The position numbers were made by a program, and so were the translations under genes. The notes beneath the pieces were generated by a model. The model saw only the letters and a list, made by a program, of their open reading frames with translations. It did no database searches and was not told the origin of the DNA. A DNA stretch of 32,498 nt, taken from assembly GCA_038824035.1 (NCBI GenBank), contig JAWBBW010000016.1, forward strand, positions 1 to 32,498. The letters are read 5' to 3'. Numbering within the stretch: position 1 is the first letter of the stretch; every line of letters begins with the position of its first letter. Origin of the DNA: Desulfurococcaceae archaeon (lineage in GTDB: Archaea; Thermoproteota; Thermoprotei_A; Sulfolobales; Desulfurococcaceae). Positions 21,278 through 29,112 of the stretch are shown one piece after another.

Positions 21278-21726
21278 ATCCCTTGTCTAGCAAGTAGCTT
21301 GTTCACCTTGTAGAGAAACCTGCTGGTTTTCACAGCTTCGATTGAGATTTCCTTGATACCCCCTTTGTACACGATAAAATGCTTTCTACTACATTTCGAA
21401 CCAGTGATCTTGAATACTTCCTCCACCATCCAGTGTAATTGAGTACAATGCATACTGCCATCAATGGTTAATACGGACACTTCTTCATAACCATTACGCG
21501 CGATTATCCCGGCCAACTTGAAACCCAGCATATTCACGTGTTCGGCCTCGGGACATGCCGTTAAAACGATGTAACCCTCTTCAATCAGCTTTTTCACTAT
21601 ATCCGGGTGTTCTAGTTCAATACACCTGCTCGTAACAACGATCTTTTTCTTGCCACAAATGACCCTAGACTTGGCATTAATATCTATTAACCTGGGTAGG
21701 CTATACATGGGCACACCCGGGGTCAC
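21274..21726 (-). CDS. Conserved hypothetical Cys-containing protein, possibly Fe-S binding
   Basis: 150 aa; motifs SRC, TACPEAE and DGSMHCTQL resemble a stand-alone domain often annotated as 4Fe-4S ferredoxin-associated; no canonical CxxCxxC. Confidence 0.5.
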   Translation of the reverse strand: MTPGVPMYSLPRLIDINAKSRVICGKKKIVVTSRCIELEHPDIVKKLIEEGYIVLTACPEAEHVNMLGFKLAGIIARNGYEEVSVLTIDGSMHCTQLHWMVEEVFKITGSKCSRKHFIVYKGGIKEISIEAVKTSRFLYKVNKLLARQGI

Positions 21727-21760
21727 TTGTTATAACCCTTTTTACCAATATATTTAAGGA

Positions 21761-22600
21761 ATGGTAATTAACATGACCTCCCTGACTGTGGGCATCTTAC
21801 AGGCCGAGCTTGTTGATAGGCCTCAGTTGAACGTTAATAAGATAATGTTCTATATACAGAGATATTATAAGAATGCCGACATAATAGTGTTGCCCGAATA
21901 CAGCATTATAAATCCATTTGTTATAAAGGACCCGGAGGCTGTATATAGGGAATCCGAGTACATTGCTTCAAGTAGGCATTTGTCAACACTTGCTAAACTA
22001 GCCCATGAATTATCCGTTCACATGGTTGTACATTTCGTCGAGAGAACGGATCAATTCCCATTTACAGTGAGCACGACGGTTTTGTTAACAGACCGCGGTG
22101 AGGCTATACCGGTGTATAGTAAAATACACTTATTCGATGCATATGGATATAGGGAGTCAGAATTCTTAAAACCCGGGGATAAACCGGGCAAGATAATATC
22201 AATCGAAGGCGTTAAGATAGCTTTCACGATATGCTATGACCTTAGATTCCCCGAATTGTTCAGAACATATGCAAACATGGATGTGGATGTCGTGATTGTG
22301 CAAGCTGGCTGGGTTAAAGGGCCGTTGAAAGAAGAGGTATTGGATAAGCTGGCTTGTACCAGGGCCCATGAGAACACGATATACTTGGTGATAGCCGATC
22401 AAACGGGTGATATGTTTGTTGGGAGAAGTGGTGTTTTCAATCCATGGGGTTATAGAGAACTAGATCTCGGCGTAGAGGAGAAATACGTAGAGCACGAGGT
22501 CGATATAGACCAGTTGAAAGTAGTGAGAGAGATTTTGCCAGTGCTCAGGCAGGCCAGAGATAAATGGGAAATAAGATTTATTAAGCAGGGATCTAAGTAA
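21761..22600 (+). CDS. Carbon-nitrogen hydrolase (nitrilase superfamily, Nit1/YbeM-like amidase)
   Basis: Glu-Lys-Cys triad motifs LPEY, YSKIHLFD and ICYDLRFPE; RAHEN. Start at 21761 or 21773. Confidence 0.9.
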   Translation: MVINMTSLTVGILQAELVDRPQLNVNKIMFYIQRYYKNADIIVLPEYSIINPFVIKDPEAVYRESEYIASSRHLSTLAKLAHELSVHMVVHFVERTDQFPFTVSTTVLLTDRGEAIPVYSKIHLFDAYGYRESEFLKPGDKPGKIISIEGVKIAFTICYDLRFPELFRTYANMDVDVVIVQAGWVKGPLKEEVLDKLACTRAHENTIYLVIADQTGDMFVGRSGVFNPWGYRELDLGVEEKYVEHEVDIDQLKVVREILPVLRQARDKWEIRFIKQGSK

Positions 22601-22648
22601 TGGCATCATAGTTTATTCCCCACTAACAACTAGGCAAGGGCTTTGTGA

Positions 22649-23071
22649 ATGGCAAATATAGTGTTAATTACACATGGTAAATACGGCGAAGGCTTAGTGG
22701 ATGCTCTCGCATTACTCCTAGGAGACGAGGCTATAAAAGGTATCCACGTGATTACACTGGGGCCTCTCGATTCTCCTGAATCCCTTTACGAAAAGATCAA
22801 GGATATTGTAAACGGGGTTGATCACGAGAAAGGCGTTTTAATACTAGTAGACCTGTTTGGAGGAACCCCTTCAAGAGTAGCGGCTCAATTGTTGTCAGAG
22901 GGCTTTAACGTCGAAGTTATATCAGGGGTTAATCTCCCAATGTTGGTGGAGATCGTATTACAACGGGATAAGACAGCTAAAGACCTAGTTGAGATTGCTA
23001 TTAGATCAGGCGTAGAAGGCATTGTCAATATTGGTGAAAAGGTGAGAAAAGCCCTGGGTAAAAAAGACTAG
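22649..23071 (+). CDS. PTS EIIA component, mannose/fructose/sorbose family
   Basis: ITHG (phospho-His), DLFGGTP, GVNLPML. Confidence 0.93.
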   Translation: MANIVLITHGKYGEGLVDALALLLGDEAIKGIHVITLGPLDSPESLYEKIKDIVNGVDHEKGVLILVDLFGGTPSRVAAQLLSEGFNVEVISGVNLPMLVEIVLQRDKTAKDLVEIAIRSGVEGIVNIGEKVRKALGKKD

Positions 23072-23075
23072 GATA

Positions 23076-24806
23076 TTAGCCCGCTGACAATATACCCAGT
23101 AGTCCGAGTATTACTCCTATCAAGAAATATATCGCCAGCACCTTGGTTATTGAGAGCCCTTTTCTATACATATAGAATGAGCCTAGTAAGAATATCAACG
23201 GTATTAGCCTCGGCATTATCATGTCTATTGCTGCCTGTATATCTATTGGCTGGGCTTCAGGGACAGCTATTTTCACTGGGACACTCACAGCTATATATGA
23301 AACCCCCAGGGCAGCTATTATCGCCACGGCGATCATCGATGCTATTCTCCTGATCATCTCTATCCTGCCACCCCTTATCACCGAGACCACGTTGAAGCCA
23401 TACCTATAACCCAGTTTCAATAGATACCAGCCAAGGGTCATTACCAAGGGGCACCATAGGATGAAAGCCACTATTGGCCCTAATGCACCGGCTGTCAGTG
23501 TTAACCCAGCTCCTATTCCAAAGGCTATTGGCCTCCACGTGAACCAGAATAAGCCATCTCCAAGGCCTGCCAATGGTCCCATTAAAGACGTCTTCAGAGA
23601 TCTAACAGTTTCCTGGTCTGCACCACCCTCTTCCACTGCCATGTTAACGCCGACTATCATGGCTGTCATCAATGGCTGTGTATTAAAGAACTCGTTGTGA
23701 AGTCTCATCCAGGATTTCAGCTCTTCTGGGTCTTTGCGTAGTTTTCTCTCCACATGGTTCATTACGAAGGCGTATGCAGTGCCTTGCATTCTCTCGTAAT
23801 TCCATGCCCATTGATCTGCAAAGGTTATTTTCAGATACGTCTTTATGAAATCGCTCTTGGTGAATACTTGGCTTGAGCCACTTTGCGGCGTGCTCGACAT
23901 GGTTGGCGGCGCTTGTAGTGCCTCGTAGAGCTCACGCCAGTGGATCACTAGGATCAGGCTCATGACCAGTAGTGTTATGCCAAGTATTGGTAACTTGAGA
24001 TAAGCGGCGAGGACATATCCAAGTATAAACCACGGTAACATGCCAGGGCCATATGTGAGTTTCAGTAACAGGCCTAGACCAACAGCCGGCATTAAGGCAG
24101 CGCCTACTCCAAGCGCTGATAGTATTTTCTGAAGTGCCGGGTTCTCCAATGAAACCCTAATGGTCTCCACGGCCGCCGGGCTCATGCCCAGTGCTGCGAT
24201 AGCCAATATGGGTATCATGTAGACCACAAACCACTGTAAAGAGCCGAGGAACGCTATTACGCCCAACCTCCCTATATTGCCCTTTTCAATCTCCCTATCA
24301 GCCCAGTGCGAGTATATAACACATCCAGCTCTCGCGCCCACGACTTCCAAGTACATGGCTAACATCCCAATAGGTATCGCTATGGCCATTAAAGTGCCGA
24401 GTTCAACGGATGTAACAGCTGTGTAGCCAAGTATCTTGGCAAACATCAATGACGTTATGGTTGCTATCACGGCGTTTGGCGCGGCTGCACCTCCGACGGG
24501 AAAGACGCCCAGATATATTAGCTCAAGCATGGCGCTAAGGGGGAGCGCTACCTGTGGTATGCCCAGTATTAATCCTATTATATTGCCAATTAACAAGGGC
24601 TCTGTTAATCCAAATGCATTATAACCCAGAAAAGTCAGCCCAGCTATGAGTAGCACTATTATTATGCCGAAAAGTTCAAGTGGTGATATCGGCGTAGAGC
24701 CGGTAACACCGGCTTGGGCTTCCACAACTCTTATGGCCACAGCTATGGCCAGGCATATAGTCAATGGTAGAAGTGTCTTGATCACACTATTTCTATGCCC
24801 ATGCAT
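23076..24806 (-). CDS. PTS fused EIIC-EIID permease, mannose family
   Basis: IIC part: EPL..G.IIG, LELIYLG, AIPIG, MPAVG.GLL. P/S/T-rich linker. IID part: WNYERMQG, FFNTQP, KTSLMGPLAGLGDGLFW, IDMIMPRLIPL. Start set at ATG 24806 (GGTGA upstream) instead of 24869. Confidence 0.92.
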   Translation of the reverse strand: MHGHRNSVIKTLLPLTICLAIAVAIRVVEAQAGVTGSTPISPLELFGIIIVLLIAGLTFLGYNAFGLTEPLLIGNIIGLILGIPQVALPLSAMLELIYLGVFPVGGAAAPNAVIATITSLMFAKILGYTAVTSVELGTLMAIAIPIGMLAMYLEVVGARAGCVIYSHWADREIEKGNIGRLGVIAFLGSLQWFVVYMIPILAIAALGMSPAAVETIRVSLENPALQKILSALGVGAALMPAVGLGLLLKLTYGPGMLPWFILGYVLAAYLKLPILGITLLVMSLILVIHWRELYEALQAPPTMSSTPQSGSSQVFTKSDFIKTYLKITFADQWAWNYERMQGTAYAFVMNHVERKLRKDPEELKSWMRLHNEFFNTQPLMTAMIVGVNMAVEEGGADQETVRSLKTSLMGPLAGLGDGLFWFTWRPIAFGIGAGLTLTAGALGPIVAFILWCPLVMTLGWYLLKLGYRYGFNVVSVIRGGRIEMIRRIASMIAVAIIAALGVSYIAVSVPVKIAVPEAQPIDIQAAIDMIMPRLIPLIFLLGSFYMYRKGLSITKVLAIYFLIGVILGLLGILSAG

Positions 24807-24952
24807 GTATTTCACCAGGACTAGGTTTGATATAAAGATGTTTAAATTAATAAACCTGATGTATAACATAACATGATCATATATCGATATGTACTAATAA
24901 TAACTATAAAAACATTGATCAACCTATCACGTATTCATCTTCATCAAGCGGT

Positions 24953-25453
24953 TCAGAGGATTCCTTTTTTCTGAAGTAATTGATAAAAATCCTGGGGTTG
25001 TTCATCTGGTAGCATTTGATATATAACTTTAATCCCCATTTCCCGCATTTCCTTGAAAGCATTGATCTCAGCCGGATCCACGGCGTAGTTCTTGACAACT
25101 ATTACACGCCCCTGTCTCCAAGCGGATTGACCAGCATTAACCCAGTTTATTTTCAAGCCACTTTCCTTTACGACTTTGAGACAATCATTTGCATTGGAAA
25201 CTATGATCATGATATTGACACCTGGCCTATCCCCGGAGCCTTTTCTCAGCTCATCGATGGCCTCTTGTACATGGAATACCCTGACAGTGGTATTGGGAGG
25301 GGCAAGCGCTATTTGCAGTTCCTTTAGAACAGGGTTTCTAGCTATTTTATCATCGACAACCCATATTTCGTTGATATTGTAATGTCTCACCCAGCCAATA
25401 GTCACCTGGCCGTGTATATACCTGTCATCAATCCTGATCAACTTGATCGGCAT
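24953..25453 (-). CDS. PTS EIIB component, mannose family
   Basis: RIDDRYIHGQV (phospho-His), VVDD..A, NAG, QMLPD. Confidence 0.94.
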   Translation of the reverse strand: MPIKLIRIDDRYIHGQVTIGWVRHYNINEIWVVDDKIARNPVLKELQIALAPPNTTVRVFHVQEAIDELRKGSGDRPGVNIMIIVSNANDCLKVVKESGLKINWVNAGQSAWRQGRVIVVKNYAVDPAEINAFKEMREMGIKVIYQMLPDEQPQDFYQLLQKKGIL

Positions 25454-25539
25454 TCAAACCAACTCAGCTTTAGCCAGATATATTATGAGGGAAATGGGGA
25501 TAAATATATCGGGATAACAGGAGTAGCGGTGTATTACCA

Positions 25540-26814
25540 GTGAGAATTGGATATGGTAAATCCATTATAACACCTACAAGCGGTGTTCATAGGCTTGCCG
25601 GTTACTTGAGGAGAAAAGAGCCATCTATGTGTATATTCGATGACATATATGTGAAGACATTATTACTGGAAACGATCGAGGACAATTTACTGGTTTTGGT
25701 CAGTGTCGACTTATTGGCAATAGATAACAACATGTTAGAGGATATGAGAAAGATAAGCAAGGGTTTAATAGGGAATTCACACGTGGTGATCACCGCGACA
25801 CACACTCATTCAGCCCCGATCTCCTTGTTTAAAGACATGCTACCGGGCATGGGCATGGCTGAGTTTGACCCTGAATACTATGAGCATTTCCTCTCCATGT
25901 TCGAGCGCTCATTGTTAAATTCCTATGAAAAACTAGGCAAAGGCGAGTGTTACTCGACAACGATCACGGTGAGCGGGGTAGCTACTAATCGCAATGACCC
26001 GAATACTCCGATCGACGACAAAGCAGTAGTGGTTAAATGCATTACCGGCGACCTAAAAGTGGGTTTATTGAACTACGGAGTTCACCCCACAGTCCTGGGT
26101 CCTAGTAATAAATGTGTGTCAAGGGATTTAGCCGGAGCAATCGAGGACTCATTAAGGAACAACACGGGAATAGAGTTCGTATTTATCAATGGAGCAGCGG
26201 CGGACGTGTCCACGAGGTTCACTAGGATAGAGCAGTCTTACAGCGAGGTCCTAAGGCTTGGATCGCTGTTCGCGAATAGCATTACGAGGTCATTGGGGCA
26301 AGTGCATTGGAGGAAATTAGTGGATGCTCCAATAGCGGTTAAAAAGGAGTCGTTGACCATGAGTGTGGATTCTGAGAAATTCTACAGAATAGCGAGGAAA
26401 CTCTACATTGAAAGGAAACTGGGCGGTGTTGTGGGGAAATTACCTGGTTTAAAGCGCGTTGTGGAGTCGATAGAGGAGGCTATTGAAGCATCTCAGTTGA
26501 TCGTGGAGAAACTGGGCAATATCAAGGAGATCTCTATAGAGGTATCGTCTTACCTGATCGGAAGGGTATTAGGCTTGATTGCTTTACCAGGAGAGGCTTT
26601 ATCGAAGATATCAATGGAATGCAGGGAGATCGCCGGCATAGACACGGTGTTCGCTGGATATGCGAATGGGTATTATGGATATTTCAGCGATAAGGCCGTT
26701 GTGAACACCTACGAGGACGTTATGACATTGTTCACTCATGGAGATGTTGGGAAATTATACGATTTGATCAAAAAACATTGCTCATGGTTAAACGACATGT
26801 CTAGGTCATTATAA
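25540..26814 (+). CDS. Neutral/alkaline ceramidase-like Zn amidohydrolase, unknown substrate
   Basis: LAGY, SVDLL, ATHTHSAP, NR, NYGVHPTVL, NGAAADVS, LPGE, GYANGYYGY motifs; no signal peptide. Confidence 0.78.
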   Translation: MRIGYGKSIITPTSGVHRLAGYLRRKEPSMCIFDDIYVKTLLLETIEDNLLVLVSVDLLAIDNNMLEDMRKISKGLIGNSHVVITATHTHSAPISLFKDMLPGMGMAEFDPEYYEHFLSMFERSLLNSYEKLGKGECYSTTITVSGVATNRNDPNTPIDDKAVVVKCITGDLKVGLLNYGVHPTVLGPSNKCVSRDLAGAIEDSLRNNTGIEFVFINGAAADVSTRFTRIEQSYSEVLRLGSLFANSITRSLGQVHWRKLVDAPIAVKKESLTMSVDSEKFYRIARKLYIERKLGGVVGKLPGLKRVVESIEEAIEASQLIVEKLGNIKEISIEVSSYLIGRVLGLIALPGEALSKISMECREIAGIDTVFAGYANGYYGYFSDKAVVNTYEDVMTLFTHGDVGKLYDLIKKHCSWLNDMSRSL

Positions 26815-27582
26815 TGGTTTTATCACGTTGAAGTATTTCTCGAGATATTTCAAGTTCTTTTCAATGCCGCCGGGCACGTTTGCACTGACCCAGATCTCTG
26901 GCTTGATCCCCCTTTCCACGAGGATCTCCGATGTCCTTATACAAAGCAATTGAAGTATATATGCATGAATGATCGTTGATACAGGAGCTACTTTCACCTC
27001 AACCCCTCTTATTTCGTAAATAGCATCGCCTGGTGGTATCTTGCTGTCTATGACCACGTCTACTACTTCATATAGTCTTTTCCCAAGAGAGTTATCCGGT
27101 TCACCGCTTTTCGAAAACTCCACTGACGTTATACCTATGGTCTTCAAGCCCATTTTCCTGGCCATGAAAGCCATTTCAACGGGTACGGCGTTTCTCCCCG
27201 ATGCGGATACGATTATTAAAACAGAATTTGGTAAAGGATTAATAGATCTCAACAATATCTCCGCGTACCCAGGTAAACGCTCCAGCAAAGTGCTTTTAAC
27301 AGCGCCGTTTAGCAATGAGAGCGATATGTCTAGAATTGGGTAGACCCTGGTCAATCCCCCCGCTCTGTAAAACATCTCTAATGCCATCATCATGGAATGG
27401 CCAGTGCCGAATACATATACTAGGCCGTTTCCCGTGATCGAGTCAGCTATGATCGACGCGGCTTTCTCGATGTTATCTCTCTCCTCTCCAATGATCCTCT
27501 CCATCAATGATATGATCTTTGATGTGAACTCCACATAGGGATCCGCATCGATCACCGTTTTTAGGGGGGATTTATCTCTCAT
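26809..27582 (-). CDS. SIS-domain sugar-phosphate enzyme of the UPF0309 (NagS-like) family
   Basis: FGTGHS, FYRAGGL, LER..GYA, SASGRN, GITS, PPGDA, WVSANVPGG motifs; ATG 27582 overlaps the end of nagA. Confidence 0.82.
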   Translation of the reverse strand: MRDKSPLKTVIDADPYVEFTSKIISLMERIIGEERDNIEKAASIIADSITGNGLVYVFGTGHSMMMALEMFYRAGGLTRVYPILDISLSLLNGAVKSTLLERLPGYAEILLRSINPLPNSVLIIVSASGRNAVPVEMAFMARKMGLKTIGITSVEFSKSGEPDNSLGKRLYEVVDVVIDSKIPPGDAIYEIRGVEVKVAPVSTIIHAYILQLLCIRTSEILVERGIKPEIWVSANVPGGIEKNLKYLEKYFNVIKPL

Positions 27583-28738
27583 ACACAATCACGCCGTTGA
27601 CAATGGTTTTCAAGACATTGAACCCTTCATCCAACACGATGAGATCAGCCCTATAACCCGGTTTTATATCCCCTATCTTGATGTCCAGCTCAATGCTCTT
27701 AGCAGGCGTTAAACTAGCCATTTTAGCAACGTCCACCAGGCTGTATCCCAGTTCCACGATATTTCTAATAGCTCTATCCATGGTGAGAGTGCTTCCGGCT
27801 AGTTTATCTGCGCCCACTAGTTTACACACACCTCTTTCTACACTGATCTTTAAACCACCCAGTTCGTAGACACCATCAGGCATATCAGTAGCGGCTATTG
27901 AATCGGTCACTAGGACAACTCTATCCGGCGAGGCATAATCTATGACCATTTTAACAACCCCTGGGTGGAGATGTATGAAATCCGCTATAAGCTCTACGAA
28001 AACCCCTCGTGCCTGTAAGAGGGAGAGAGCTATCCCTGGTTCCCTGTGATGTATACCTCTCATTGCATTAAATATGTGTGTTGCTTTTGAAATCCCCATT
28101 GCTATTTTGTTTAAGCCTGTTTCATAAGAGGCGTTTGTATGGCCAGCGCTGACAACTATGTTGTTCAACCTGGCATATGTTATTAGCTCGTCTATACCCT
28201 CGATCTCAGGTGCAATGGTTATTTGCCTAATGTTTCTACCAGATACCTCGATGTATTCTTCTAATTCCCTGATAGATGGTTTTCGTATGAATAGAGGATT
28301 CATAGCTCCCGGCATCTCCGGGCTTATATAGGGCCCTTCTAGGTGTAATCCCAGAAGCCTAGCACCATGGCTTGGCCTCCAAGAATCCTTGGCATCTTTA
28401 AAGGCTTTACAGGCCTTTAATAGGACATCGTGTGGTGCCGATACAGTTGTCGCGAGGAAGCCTGTGACACCGTGTCTTGCATAATGTGAAGACATTTCGA
28501 GGAGAACGCTTGGATCAGGGTTCATCGTGATGTCTAAGCCGCTTATACCATGTGTATGTGTATCAATGAGACCAGGTAGTAGTAATTGCCCCTCGAGATC
28601 TATTGATTCGCTAGTAGGCCCTTTGAACGGCTCTTTCCCCACGCTCTTTATAACGCCGTCCTCGATTACAACATATCCATCTTTGATCACCATATTGGGC
28701 GCAATAATTTTACAATGTCTGAACACGAGGACACTCAA
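27572..28738 (-). CDS. nagA: N-acetylglucosamine-6-phosphate deacetylase
   Basis: PGLIDTHTHG, GLHLEGPY, TIAPE, SAGHT, THIFNAM, IADFIHLHP, LVTD, LAGS motifs. Confidence 0.93.
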   Translation of the reverse strand: MSVLVFRHCKIIAPNMVIKDGYVVIEDGVIKSVGKEPFKGPTSESIDLEGQLLLPGLIDTHTHGISGLDITMNPDPSVLLEMSSHYARHGVTGFLATTVSAPHDVLLKACKAFKDAKDSWRPSHGARLLGLHLEGPYISPEMPGAMNPLFIRKPSIRELEEYIEVSGRNIRQITIAPEIEGIDELITYARLNNIVVSAGHTNASYETGLNKIAMGISKATHIFNAMRGIHHREPGIALSLLQARGVFVELIADFIHLHPGVVKMVIDYASPDRVVLVTDSIAATDMPDGVYELGGLKISVERGVCKLVGADKLAGSTLTMDRAIRNIVELGYSLVDVAKMASLTPAKSIELDIKIGDIKPGYRADLIVLDEGFNVLKTIVNGVIVYER

Positions 28739-28827
28739 TTTAAGCCCCGCTTCATCTATATTAATGTCCTAGCTAAAATACGCGAATAGGGTCAAACCCT
28801 CTATACCCATATTATGTTAAAGGTGTT

Positions 28828-29106
28828 TTGCAAGTGAGAACAATTGAGGTCAAGGTGATCAATAGATCGGGCCTACATGCTAGGCCAGCGGCTAGGTTCG
28901 TGCAATTGGCAATGAGGTTCAAATCGAATATAATGATCTGCAAGGAATCCAGTTGCGTTGATGCGAAGAATATTTTAAAGGTGTTATCGCTGGGCGTCGA
29001 TTGCGGTGACCTGGTCATCATAAAGACCAATGGACCAGACGAAGACGAGGCCTTGAAACACCTCTTAGATCTACTTCAGAACGTGTTGCCAAGCGAAGAC
29101 CGGTGA
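28828..29106 (+). CDS. ptsH: PTS phosphocarrier protein HPr
   Basis: GLHARPA (His15 equivalent), VDAKNILKVLSLG, GPDEDEAL. Confidence 0.95.
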   Translation: MQVRTIEVKVINRSGLHARPAARFVQLAMRFKSNIMICKESSCVDAKNILKVLSLGVDCGDLVIIKTNGPDEDEALKHLLDLLQNVLPSEDR

Positions 29107-29112
29107 TCTTAT

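Noticed and set aside
24807-24869. 21-codon N-terminal extension of IIC-IID given in the ORF track
   Set aside because: AT-rich, promoter-like sequence; ATG 24806 has an SD-like GGTGA and yields a coherent leader.
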